Below, piece after piece: positions 36,965 through 50,300 of a stretch of DNA of 64,000 nucleotides. This stretch comes from Nymphaea colorata (lineage: Eukaryota), in the NCBI RefSeq assembly GCF_008831285.2, contig NC_045138.2, positions 23,808,001-23,872,000 of the forward strand. Direction: 5' to 3'. The translations under genes were made by a program, and so were the position numbers. How positions within the stretch are numbered: the first letter of the stretch is position 1; every line of letters begins with the position of its first letter. A model generated the notes under the pieces. That model was not told the DNA's origin. It made no database searches and saw only the letters and a program-made list of their open reading frames with translations.

Positions 36965-37637
36965 TTTGGGGGTAACATTTGCTTGATAAGCTCTCCCCTG
37001 CCTTTTCTTCAAGTATTTGAGTTTTGCCATAATGTTTTCCACTTAGGTTTCGAAATAGTTCTAAATCTCTAAGATAAAAGGAAAGTATGAAGGACTTTGG
37101 CCTCTTTAGGCTATCTCTCCCACTTGAGTTCTATTGTAGCATCATTCGCTATGGTCTTTCAATACTGCTTCATAGATTATTTAGAGTAACATTTGCTTGA
37201 CAATGGCACCATATGCTTACATGTGTCTCCACCGCCTTCTTTACAACTACTTGAATTTCATCATAATGCTTCCCACTTAGGTCTCGCCTCAAAGAGCAAG
37301 GGAAAGGGGGGAGGACATTCGCCCTATTGGGGTATCTCTTCCATATGAGTTCCACCATAATAAGTCGTTCACTATGATTTTCTATACTTCTTAACAAACT
37401 ATTGGGGTAACATTTGCTTGCGACTGGCATGATCTGCTTATATGCATCTCCACCGCTTTCTTTTCAACTATTTGAGTTTAACCATGATGCTTTCTACTCA
37501 GATCCCGAAACAGCCTTGAACCCTAGGGGCAAAGAGAAAGAGGAAAGAGTTTCGGCTTCTTTAGGGCATCTCCCTCTTGAGTTCAACCAGAATAAGTCAT
37601 TCGCTATTATCTTTAGATACTTCTTCACAAACTATTA
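36965..37637. repeat. three degenerate tandem units of about 215-220 bp
   Basis: Anchor TAACATTTGCTTG recurs at 36973, 37187 and 37408, with shared internal motifs (CCACCGC, CCACTTAGGT, TCATTCGCTAT). Confidence 0.75.
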
Positions 37638-39921
37638 TTACGATACTTGTAAGGCTCAACATCAGGCCAAGCCTGCTTGAGCTTAGCAACATGAGAGATT
37701 TAGGAGGGCTAGGACTCATTTTCGTTATTCCTTTACTATTTTCTATTTTCTCCAGCTCAAAAGTTGGATATTTTTCTTGTTTTTTTTTTATCCACAAATG
37801 GATGTGAACAATGATTCAATCTTTTAACAAGTGGGAGTGATGTTTATGATTGGCACAAATCAAACCATTCAAACCATGCTTTTTGAGGAATCTTGAGTGC
37901 ATTGTCCAACTATATGAAGCTTTTCTCCAATTGTGGTGTGATGCTTGCACCACTAAAAATTTGGAAAGGGTTATACCTTTTGAAGAAAAAGGGTTGAAGC
38001 AGTTGCCAACATGAGCTCAAAGTGAATTGGGTTAGGTTCTCACTATCATATGCTTGGCTTGGGCATTCATGTTACTTGACATTATAATGGTCTTGAATGC
38101 ATGTTGGTTGCATGGGGAGATTCATGGACAACCAAATCAAGCTGTTGAATTGTAACTGCCATAAATAATCACATTCATGTTAGGAAAAAGTAGGAGGAGT
38201 TTGTGCGATGGTTAACTACCCATTTCATTTTGTGAAATGTTGTTGAAGTTCAATGTGCACTTTAATTGGGGGTTTAGCTTTCATTGGCTTGTAAATCCTA
38301 TTCCATTTGTTTAAAAGTGATATTTAGCTCCACCTTTTTTAATCATTAATATCTTCAAGTCTAAGAATAAAAACTTCCTTAGCATGGTGTGCTCCTCTAT
38401 GAGACTAGCTACAACACAATAAGAAAAGCCTGAATTAGTCATTACATAATATTAGTCAGTTGATAGAATGAGAAATGTTGATGCAGTTTTAAACCTTGTT
38501 CATGGTCTTTTGGAGTTCACAAACTATTTTAAATTGGTTGTATTTTTTTAGTATTAGGAACCCAATTAGACTCAACCCAATTTAGTTGTATTTTTTTGGT
38601 ATTGGAAACCTAAGTTGTAATTACACAATTACTTTTTCTTCATCTATTTTGGAGCACTTTTCCTTATCTGTCATTACATACAACATGCCCTCCTATTTGT
38701 CTATTTGTTACGTGATGTTTAACAGGTTTAAAATGTTTATCAACATTTATGTTCTTAAAACATTTTATGGACTGTACTTATTAGATTTACTTGTTATTTG
38801 TGATGTTCCAGTTACATGTGGATGAAGCATTGATAAAGTTGTATGGACCTATTCCATGAAGTTGGATAAATCATTAATGAAGATATATTTGATTCATTGT
38901 CTGCCTATTGAACCACACATTGAAGTCATAGAATGCTATAATGTTGCATGCTTTGAGATTATGAATGCCAAAACATTAATGTGCAGTTCTCAATTTTGTA
39001 TTGTCAATAAGTGGTTCAATTATTGAGAGCTTTGGTTCTACTCAAAGTTCAACTACATGTCCTTGCACATGTGAGAAAGTTGCTTTTGATATTAGAAGCT
39101 TGTTATATTAATTTTCTCATGTTATAGTGCAAATGTGAATAAAATTGACTTGGAAGTAGGCAAACGTATGTAAGAAAATGAGTCTGTGAGAAGATCAAAT
39201 GGTTCTCAAATTTGTTTAGATGGACTAATTTTCATTGATGAACTGACAAAAAAGGTTATTCTTTACTAATATTTATACTGCTCATGTGATAAATGCATAG
39301 TTCTCATTGCTTTGTTAGTCGTACTATTATAAATTTACACCAATTGACTTAAGAAATCATTTTTTTCTACAAAAAAACCATCACTTGGCTGTGTCTCAAA
39401 CTAAAAATGTTTAAATGTTGAAGCTCTACACCATAGAAGGACTAAGAAACATGCTTGAACATAGGCATACCTCTTAGCTTGAAAAATTTTTTTGATGTAA
39501 AATTGCGTACAGTTATTCTTGTCATTATGAAGAGCAATTGTTTCATATAAATGCATATTACCAAATCATTTGCTTTGAAAACTTTTTGTGATGCAAATCT
39601 TGCATATGGTTCCCGTTGTCATTATGAAAGACAATTCTTCCACATAAATGCATATCATTGGATGCATGGTTTAACCGACTCATGCAAAATAAAATAAAAG
39701 GTTTGAACCATTGAAACCATGATCAGTGTTCACATAACTTGCATTCAATTTTGATCCTTAGAAGCCATTATTCTTTAAAAAAACACACACACACATAAAA
39801 ATGTAAAGTTTAAAGCATGAAATCTAGTTTTCCCCAAACAATGAGAAAAAGTCTTCTATCTTCAGCCACATTCTCAGAAGCACAAAATCAATCGCAATGT
39901 GTTTTTCATCCTTAAAAAACA

Positions 39922-39925
<4 letters not shown>

Positions 39926-39959
<34 letters not shown>
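39926..39959. repeat. (CT)n microsatellite
   Basis: Directly visible. Confidence 0.9.
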
Positions 39960-39961
<2 letters not shown>

Positions 39962-40563
39962 ATGCATCATCACCTACTCAGCTTGATATTGATATTTTTA
40001 AAATTGTTAGTGTTTAAACTATTTATCATGATCTATACACATCTTTTTTGAGTTTCTAATTCATGTTGAATATCTCCTTCCATGCAGGTTGTCTTCTTAG
40101 AACAAACATAGAGAATCTATTCTATAACACCTTTTGAAAAAATGAAAAAAAACTATCATTTTTTAAGAGAAACAAACATTTAATCTTTCACAAATATAAT
40201 TATACAATTTGACAATTCCAAAGATTACTTACATAATTTTCAATTCCACAGGGAAAAAGGCCTCCCTGAATTTGAACAATATCTTATTATACAAGTTAGT
40301 GAAATAGACCAATGTGTAGCCCTTACACCTAACAATAAATAACATATATGTTGTTATAGAGTTCCTATGTGTATAGCAACTAGACTTCTCTATGTTGGGA
40401 GAGGAAGCAGCCTTTGTATTAATAAGAAAAACCATCTAGAGTTCTTTCTTTCTAAATCTTAATTTTTCCTTTCCCCTCCATAAGATTATACAATACAACT
40501 CAGAGGTTCTTGATCATTTACTTATTTCTATGCATGCCAATCTAAACAACCACATATTGGATC

Positions 40564-42391
40564 ACATGAATTGGAATTTATGAAATGTGTGAAACAAATA
40601 AAAATAAAAATAAATGGTAGCATCTACAAAATAGTTAAGTAAAGCATCCACCTTTGCCAAATATGAACTTATGCTGGACATTTCTAGAAGGTACAAAGTT
40701 GTATGTACAAGTGCAGCCTACACTAGGTAGGACATTCATTGATATAGCAATGCATGTGGGTGTTTTGTCCCTTTAATGGGACTAGCACTATCACTTAGAA
40801 AGATTGGCCAACAATTTTGGCCTCTTGAAAAAATAACTGGGTTTCTAGTTTTTTAATTTAATCTATTACATGAATTGGAATTTATGAAATGTGTGAAACA
40901 AATAAAAATAAAAATAAATGGTAGCATCTACAAAATAGTTAAGTAAAGCATCCACCTTTGCCAAATATGAACTTATGCTGGACATTTCTAAAAGGTACAA
41001 AGTTGTATGTACAAGTGCAGCCTACACTAGGTAGGACATTCATTGATATAGCAATGCATGTGGGTGTTTTGTCCCTTTAATGGGACTAGCACTATCACTT
41101 AGAAAGATTGGCCAACAATTTTGGCCTCTTGAAAAAATAACTGGGTTTCTAGTTTTTTAATTTAATCTATTACATGAATTGGAATTTATGAAATGTGTGA
41201 AACAAATACAAATAAAAATAAATGGTAGCATCTACAAAATAGTTAAGTAAAGCATCCACCTTTGCCAAATATGAACTTATGCTGGACATTTCTAGAAGGT
41301 ACAAAGTTGTATGTACAAGTGCAGCCTACACTAGGTAGGACATTCATTGATATAGCAATGCATGTGGGTGTTTTGTCCCTTTAATGGGACTAGCACTATC
41401 ACTTAGAAAGATTGGCCAACAATTTTGGCCTCTTGAAAAAATAACTGGGTTTCTAGTTTTTTAATTTAATCTATTACATGAATTGGAATTTATGAAATGT
41501 GTGAAACAAATAAAAATAAAAATAAATGGTAGCATCTACAAAATAGTTAAGTAAAGCATCCACCTTTGCCAAATATGAACTTATGCTGGACATTTCTAAA
41601 AGGTACAAAGTTGTATGTACAAGTGCAGCCTACACTAGGTAGGACATTCATTGATATAGCAATGCATGTGGGTGTTTTGTCCCTTTAATGGGACTAGCAC
41701 TATCACTTAGAAAGATTGGCCAACAATTTTGGCCTCTTGAAAAAATAACTGGGTTTCTAGTTTTTTAATTTAATCTATTACATGAATTGGAATTTATGAA
41801 ATGTGTGAAACAAATAAAAATAAAAATAAATGGTAGCATCTACAAAATAGTTAAGTAAAGCATCCACCTTTGCCAAATATGAACTTATGCTGGACATTTC
41901 TAAAAGGTACAAAGTTGTATGTACAAGTGCAGCCTACACTAGGTAGGACATTCATTGATATAGCAATGCATGTGGGTGTTTTGTCCCTTTAATGGGACTA
42001 GCACTATCACTTAGAAAGATTGGCCAACAATTTTGGCCTCTTGAAAAAATAACTGGGTTTCTAGTTTTTTAATTTAATCTATTACATGAATTGGAATTTA
42101 TGAAATGTGTGAAACAAATACAAATAAAAATAAATGGTAGCATCTACAAAATAGTTAAGTAAAGCATCCACCTTTGCCAAATATGAACTTATGCTGGACA
42201 TTTCTAAAAGGTACAAAGTTGTATGTACAAGTGCAGCCTACACTAGGTAGGACATTCATTGATATAGCAATGCATGTGGTTGTTTTGTCCCTTTAATGGG
42301 ACTAACACTATCACTTAGAAAGATTGGCCAACATTTTCGGCCTCTTGAAAAAATAACTGGGTTTCTAGTTTTTTAATTTAATCTATTACAT
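40564..42391. repeat. tandem array of six near-identical 304-bp units
   Basis: Unit start ACATGAATTGGAATTT at 40564, 40868, 41172, 41476, 41780 and 42084; a seventh ACAT at 42388. Only a few substitutions between copies. Confidence 0.97.
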
Positions 42392-42424
42392 TGGATTTCC
42401 TTAAAATCAATTGTCAAACAATTC

Positions 42425-42427
<3 letters not shown>

Positions 42428-42505
<78 letters not shown>

Positions 42506-42669
42506 AAATTTGTGGATTTTTCAATCTGTATTTTGACAAAGAAATTCTTCAGCCTCATGCAAATGCATTGGGTAGTGTATTAATCACATCCACCCAATGT
42601 AATCGGCAAGAGCTCAAGATGACAGGAGGATTTTCCTCCAGCCTCATTCAAAATACAATGAGTGGTGCA

Positions 42670-42725
<56 letters not shown>

Positions 42726-42946
42726 CTGAATAGTGACTCTGGCTACACAAAGTCACCCAATTCACTCATTAAGGTAATTCATTCGATCGTGATATATGGT
42801 TGAGAGAAAAAAAAACAAGGCAAAGTGTTACTATGACAAAAATGTTTGTCACATTTTTTTCTTTGTTTTTCTCTCAACAGTCTATCATGATGGATGAGAC
42901 GGTCCTTACGAGTGAGTTAGGTCTTTGAATAGCTAGAATAATAATT

Positions 42947-42994
<48 letters not shown>
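42428..42994. repeat. three (TA)n tracts separated by two foldback MITE-like inserts
   Basis: (TA)n at about 42428-42504, 42672-42721 and 42950-42994; the intervening segments are imperfect palindromes. Confidence 0.8.
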
Positions 42995-42997
<3 letters not shown>

Positions 42998-43322
42998 GTC
43001 ATTAGTAAGTGAAAGTCAAACCATTTAGACACACAGTTTCGATATCCTGCAAAGGATTTCACTAAGTTTGCCATCAAAAGGAGACTATTATTTCTTAACA
43101 AAAGAGAAAAACCTTTACACATTCGTTAATAAGGTAGCCTGAGAATGAGATGCTCCAAACACAATGATAAATTGGTATTTCCCATATAAGCCACTGGCTG
43201 TTCTTTCCTCCTCCTCCTCCTCCTTTTCGTCTTCTTCCTCTCTTTACTTTCCATGATCATCTTCTTCCTACTCTTTCTCACTCCATCTCTCCCTCCATCC
43301 TTCCCTCTCACTCCACCTTCTC

Positions 43323-43345
43323 ATATATATATATATATATATATA

Positions 43346-43376
<31 letters not shown>
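43323..43376. repeat. compound (AT)n(GA)n microsatellite
   Basis: Directly visible. Confidence 0.9.
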
Positions 43377-46099
43377 TAATTGGTTGAAACTGGATCAAAA
43401 GATCAAGGACAAAAAACCAGACTCCTTAAATATGATATTTAAAGTGTTCTTTTCTGAAACGTAAGTTTACCAATATGATTTTAAGGATAGGATGGTACAA
43501 AATATATATTAAGTTGATCATTTATTAGGTTTTAATAGAGTTTTTATAATAAGCAAAAAGGAGTGGCTATCATAGCATCATCATTTTGATAATAGAAAAA
43601 TCAACATTTTTCATAAAAACAAATTGATTCAAAGCATTTTTTATATCAAAATAATTTAAATAAATATATTATGATGTTTATACTTTATTCAAAATAATTT
43701 TTTAGCAAAAAAATTAAAGGGTATGATTTTAATTCCTTACCTAAGTGTCTAGTTTTACTAATATATATATATACACACATACAACACCTGAAAAAGATAA
43801 TGTCAGATGCCAAATAGTTACTTGATGAATAACATTTGATAAATCATTGGTTCAAAGACTATAAATAGTTTTTAAAACTACCATAAACTGTGGTTGCACC
43901 ATAAACCATCACTTATACTAATATATACATGAATAAGAGCTGAAATCCTCCTAGCCAGCCCGATGGTTGGAGAAATCCATGATATACACGCACACGCACA
44001 CGCACACACACACTCACACACACAAATGTAATTCAAACTTTAAACTTTAAAAAATGCATATTGAAGACAAATTTAAAAAGTAGCTTAAAACACCATTGCT
44101 AAGAACATTTTGGAAATAGTTACCCGGACATTCCTAATTACATTTATGAATGGTTGCCAATGCTTTTAGGAACATTTTTATGTTGCTCTTGAAAGTATAT
44201 TTTCTTTAGTTGTGTCTCTTTTTATTATGTCGATAACCCACTTCATGAAGGCAAGTGAAAGTTATCTGTGCTTAATGGTGAAACACATAATGAGGGGGCA
44301 CACGCTCCCTGACTTCTACATACAAACACACACATGTGTAAGATGGATCTCCACATTTCATCCGGCCAGTGTTATTACACAGCCACCCAGATCATGCATC
44401 GGGTCACGTGTGAGAGGCTAGATTCCTTTAACATATATATATATAAATAAAATCTCTGCCGATTTTCCAAATAAATTTGACATAATGTTGCTATGGTACG
44501 CCACTGTCAAATATAGAAATGCTTTCCTCTCTCTTAAAAAATAACCCCTACCACTTTCCCAACCAAACTATATTTCTTTCTCTCTCTAAAGCGGTCCTCT
44601 TCTAGCTTTAAAGATGACTTTGGACTTTCGTTCTCTCTCTAGCCAGTGAAAGTGATAAATAAATAAAAAGTTTCAAACAATAATGAATGCATATATATAG
44701 GGATTTGTTGTCATGCATAGTGCAAAGTGTTGGGGGGAGGAACCAATATAATATGTGAAATGAATATAATATGGGAAAGGGCAAAGGTACGACTGAATTC
44801 GTAACGGGTCCCACACATTAAAAAAATCTAATTTTATATTGGAAAAAACCTTACGGATTGTTATCAGATCACAATTTAGGCGCCCCTCCGCACGAGACTT
44901 GCGATCGAAGCAAATTTAGAAATAGAATAAAGAATTCCTACGTGGGCTCGGTGGAACCGCCGATTCCTTCTCTTTTATATTTTTGAAAGTCTTTTATACA
45001 AGCCAAAAGGTAAACTACTCTTTCTTTTCTTTATTGCCCAAATACGATAACCAACCTAATAATTAATTATTTTTTGTGGTAACTTGTAACAATATTTATT
45101 TAAACAACTTACAGATAAAATATTTTATTTTGTTCCTTAGTTTGTTTATGGAGGGTGGGGGCGATACGGCAGATTCAATATGGCCATCGTTTTCCCTCGG
45201 GTGCTTCGTATGCTTGGAATTTCCCTCTTATTTTATTATTTAGTAGGACGAGACTGTCCACGTCAGATGATGACGTGGCCGACGGTCGACCCTACGTGTC
45301 AGAGCGAGCGAGGGGGAGGAGAGAGAAAGAGGCCGGTAACAACAAAAAGCGCGGAGAGAGAGAAAGAAAGAGGAGCGACAGCCTACCGAGATAGTCTGGC
45401 CGAAGTAGAAAGCGACGGAAGAGAGAGAAACGTGAGAGGGAGAGAGGGTAGTGTGGGTCCCAGAGTGGAGGAACTGAGGTGGCTAAAACATGGGGCCCAC
45501 AGTTCATAAAGATATGAAGAATCCCTATTTTATAAATGGTAAGGTAAGGCCCCAGAGGGCCAGAAATACATAAATTTTTATTTTTTCTGTTTCCAAATAT
45601 TAAAAGCAGCGCCATAATGTTTTGGTTATTCACAAACGACCGTCAACTGCTCCACGACATTTAACAAATACATGCTCAAGCAACACAAACCTAAGAACTT
45701 TTATGAACGGTTCATGCCAATAATAGGGTTGAGCATGGGATGTTGATTGAAGCTACAAGCGAAACAATTTGATGACTTGTTGAAAACAATATAAAAGAAA
45801 TTCTTTTTGCATAAGTTTAAAGAGAGGGAGAGAGAGAGTAATGTGGGCCGCCGGTGCACTATGAATCCTTAGAAGACATCGGGTGAATTTTTTTTCCGTC
45901 TTTTCATTGTTTTTCTTCATATGGTGCTTTTCCCTCTTACGAAGGCATTTAAACCTTCTTTGAGTCTTAAACATTCATTATTGCATTCAAGACTTGACAG
46001 CTTTTGGAGCGAATCAAGGGGCTTTCAGAGTTTTCAAGCATTTTCAATCAGTTGGTCAAATAACTCTAAAGCATGAGTAGTTGCCTGTAATTTTAAGGA

Positions 46100-47380
46100 C
46101 CTTTTTGTGAAAAAATCTGGAAATATTCGCGGAAGGGGCAGCTCGGGAATCATCCAATGAGGTTGCAGAAAACCTCGTCTTACGTGGCAGCAACCCGTTT
46201 CCTTTTTCTTCAGGTTCCCACGTCAGTGTGGGCAAAAACGCCACGTAGGCAGAATGTGGAGATAATTACGGGGGAAATCAGGGGTATAAGGGGAAAACCC
46301 GGCAAAAGCAATGCCACCGGTTTCGGTAAATTTCTCAGCTGGGCCCCACGCGACGTCCCCTCCACGTTTACACCAGCCACGTGCGCAAGCGGGCCTGCCT
46401 CGCCCCCTGCAATCGTCAGATGAGGATCGATCGGACGGCGGAAAATGATCAGGCTGACTCGAAGACAAAGAGAGAGAGAGAGAGAAGGAGCAGGTTAATG
46501 TCCCCTCACTGCCAGCGTGGCGATCGGCTCGAGATGGACGGCCGTCAGCGTTTTCGTTCTCTACATCCGTGGATCGGGACCGCCCGTTGCAACGCGGGGG
46601 TAGCCGATTAGTCAACCATGACGGCGATTTAAGAAAGAGGAGACCGGAAGAACCGTGATTTTTTTTCTTTCTTTTTGAAAAAAAAAAAAATAAACGCCAA
46701 AAGGTGGAAGACGCAGGGGACGCTTTTGACTGATTTGAGCCGGCTGATATCCTGCCCACCTTCCTCCACCGGCTACCGGAAGCGAGAGGCTTTAACCGAC
46801 ACGTGTACGTGGGAGAAAGGAGGGGGGAATAAATCGGGGGCCTATCGGCGATGCTTGGTGTGGAAGGAAGCCGAGAGGGATTCCGACACGTGGTTAGCTG
46901 CGCGGAGGTCTCGCACTCGGTTCATCTGACGGCCCACCATGCGCCATGGTGGCAGGAAATGATCCGGACCGTCCGATTCGCTAGTGGATCCGACGGTGGA
47001 TTGCTCTCGACATGAACGTCTGGGACGTGGTGGCCGTCCATGCGCCCTTCTCAGAAGCGGTCTCTTGGTTGAGGGAGAGAGAGAGAGAGAGAGAGCGAGA
47101 GGCCAAATGGGCGACGGCAGAGGATAGAAGAGAGAGAGCGTGAGAGAGAGAGAGAAGATATCTGGAGAAAGGCGTCTTCTCGGCGAGGGGTTTCCGTTTG
47201 GGGAGTCGGAGATTCTTCGGGTTCTCGCTGGGACGTGGAAGTGGTCGAACCCAAGGGTGTTTTTTCCGGTGGGCCGTTTTTCGGTGTTCTGGGTGGAATT
47301 ATGCACCGAGATCGGGCGGAGATCGGAGGTGGTCGAGGGTCGCAGTTAGATGAGTAGGAAGGTCATCGACGTGGTGGGTC
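46100..47380 (+). promoter_or_regulatory. GC-rich promoter and 5' leader of TIC
   Basis: CpG-rich island directly upstream of the ATG, with G-boxes CACGTG (about 46378, 46800, 46887), other ACGT cores and (GA)n tracts (about 47074-47156). The TSS cannot be determined from sequence. Confidence 0.55.
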
Positions 47381-50300
47381 ATGGACAGGAATAGGGAGGT
47401 TAGAAGAGGACAGCCGATGGCGAACGGGTTGTCGCGGAGGCGGCCGCAGCGGACCGGCGGTAGCGGGATGAGGGACTCGCCTGGTAGGGAAAGGGTTCTT
47501 CTTTGGGAGTTTCCGTTCTTTTCGCGCGAGATTCCGACCAGATAGAGTTACAAGTTGGGTTCTTGTTTCTTTCTTTCTTTCGTTCTTTGTTCTGTGACGA
47601 CTCACATGATTTGCCTTTCTGTTTTGTTGCTCAGAGGAGGCAGTGGCTGGGGAGATGCAAGAAACGGCAGCAGTGCGGCTGAGGGATCGGAAGAAGGATC
47701 GGTTGAGTCGGAGCAAGAGGCGGAGAGGGGAAAGGTTGCATGGTAACAGGGAGGAGGGAGGGGAGGAGAGCTCTGAAGAGAGTGTGGATGTTGAGGAAGA
47801 GGACGATGACGAGGACGAGGACTCGTCGGCGGCGGACCACCGAAGAAGTATCCCACCTCCTGCGGCTAAGATCGTAAAGCCGCCGTGGAAGGTCCCCGAC
47901 GAGATGATTGGAGTTCCAGTGCCGAGGAAGGCTCGGTCTGGTGAGAGGCCCGTTGAAATAATTATTTGGTGGATGAAAGGCTTCGACTCCTTTCTCTGGA
48001 TTTTTTGGTTGATCTTTTCTGTTTTCGTATTTGTGTGCAGCTTCTGTGAAAAGATCACATGAGAGCTCGGGTTCAGGGGGTGGAGGAGGAGGAGAACAGA
48101 TTCCCACCCTGCGACAGTGTTCCACTTCTCCGGCAACTCCTAGTGCGGCTTCCGTTTCGCCACCATCCAACGCGCCAATCCGTCGGAGAGTGGTCTGTTT
48201 CAGCGACCCAAAACATTCACTTGTTTCCGATTCTTTCTCCTTCGCCTCCTCCTGAGATCTGTATCTCTCTCTCTTTCTCTCTCTATGTCGTTCAGAAGCC
48301 GATTGGAGCGAAACAGCGGCCTGCCAAGGTGCCAAAAGTTTCGATCCAGGAGGAGATCGAGATCGAGGTTGCGGAGGTCCTGTTCGGATTGAGGCAATAC
48401 CCGGCCCCGGCTGTGAATCCCGAATTGGCAGGCAATCCTTCGTCCCTAAAAATGGAGGACAGGGAGGAAGAATCCCCGGCTTTGTTGGGGAAGCCCCGAG
48501 CTTCGTCCCCTATCTCCCCTCAGCAATCAGTCGGTGTGCAGCCGAAGGTCTCGAGCTCGATGGCCGCGGGTTCGCCTTCTGCGGGTCTGCCTAGTAATTG
48601 ATTCTCTTTAAATTTCCGGCTAGATTGCAAGAAAAGCTCTTTACCCTTTCGTTGTTTATGTTCTGATTCATTCTTTGTGTCCTAGGTGCTCCGAAAAGGA
48701 AACGGCCTCGGCCGGTGAAATCGGAGGAAGAAAAAGCCGGAGTTGGAAGTGGCGCGGTTTCGACAGTTCTGGCTTCCTTCGTTGTCAAGGATGAGGCAGA
48801 AAAGATGGAGGTCTCTTCGCCCAGGGGCGACAAAAATAGCTTTGCTGTGGTTCCGAATGGGGTGGATGGAGCGAGATCCATCAAGCTTGAGACCAATCAG
48901 GAAGCAAAGAAAGCTCACCTCATCCCTGACGAGAAGCCTTCATCCGCGGAGGGACCGGCTGAAGAGAAGGTTGTTCTAGACGTAATTTGTTGCGAGAAGT
49001 CCGAGCCGCAGGTCGAGACCACTGGTTCGGTGAAGCCCGACGTTAGTCTTGAAGATGCCACAAAAGGGTGAGGAATTTAGTTAGATGATGGTCATCTGTG
49101 GATTGTTTCTGGTCGAAACTGATACATTTGTTTCTATCTGCTTTTCAGGGTTTCTTCTTGTCTCAGCACATGCGATAGTCAGAAGGAGGAGAAGTTCAAG
49201 TTTGATCTCATGGTAGTAAATGAAACCTTATTCATAAATACGGAAATGAAGCATTATTCATAAATATTTGCCATGACCATTTTTTGGTGCCTTCTTATAA
49301 TCTTGTTTTGTTTTTGTGCCAGGCTCCCCCTGCAAGGTCTATGGTGGACGGGGATATAAATGGTGATTCAGTGAGTGTTCGCTCTCGATGTTCCTTTGGT
49401 TACTTCGGTCTCTTTCCTTCTTTTAAGTTCTTCGTATTTCTAGTAACTTTTTAGGTAATTGGTTTTTTTTCCTTTTTCTCTCAGACTTCGGAAATCCAGG
49501 CCCTGAATGTGAAAGAGGAAATCAGCGTGGTTGAATTGAAGGAGAAAGCGGGAGAGAAGGTGGAGCAAGACGTCCCTCCAAACGATTCTGAACCAGAGAA
49601 GCGAGCTGAGATATGTGGAGCGGGCGAGCAGGCAAAGCAAAATAAAGATCGAATTTTCGATCTGCGTATGGATGAGGAAAAATCAGACCGAGAAGGCGGT
49701 AAACAGCAAGGGCATAAACATTCGAAGGTCGCTAGGGTTGATATGAAGGCACCGGAAGTGCCTGCTCAGTGGGAGAAATCTGGTAAATGTTGACCTGGTG
49801 ATGCTAATGTTGGTTTAGTATCAGCGAAATGGTTTCTAATGTTTTTGGGCTTTCGTTTCAGCTCCACATAGTTCTAGCACTGCACCAGCGATGGCAGGAC
49901 CTTCGCCTATGCCGCATATGACGATTGCTGGCTGGCCGGGCGGACTTCCTCCACTCGGGTATTTGATCCACTGTCATTACGTGTCTTCGTGTCTTCTGTT
50001 CCTTTTTCTCGCTAATCTTTCTCAGATCATTTCTTAATGCTTGGGATTTCTCTGCAGGTATATAGGTCAAGCCCCAGCAAGTTGGCCTGGAGCTCCACCC
50101 GTTCAAGCAGTGGTATCTATGGAGGGCAACACAGGAGCGCCAACGCTTCAGGTCTCTCTCTCTCTCTCTCTCTCTCACGCGTTTCTTTCGTCCATTATCA
50201 GTTATCTGAAAATTTGAACTGAGTGTTTCGATCTGTCATTGAACTGTAGCCGCACATCCTCTTGCCTCATCAACGATACAAACGTTGTGCCACGCACTGC

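Noticed and set aside
37900..39600. Possible decayed hAT transposase remnants (also about 1300-2750 and 17700-19100)
   Set aside because: Only faint motif echoes; no alignable ORF or termini by eye, so not listed as features.
40564..42391. CRISPR-like array
   Set aside because: Units are contiguous 304-bp copies with no unique spacers, no cas genes, and the context is eukaryotic.
46111..46118. CCA1-binding-like AAAAATCT upstream of TIC
   Set aside because: A single AT-rich 8-mer is expected by chance.
47363..48335. Long minus-strand ORFs (257 aa and 234 aa)
   Set aside because: Antisense shadows of GC-rich TIC exons; no domain-like content.
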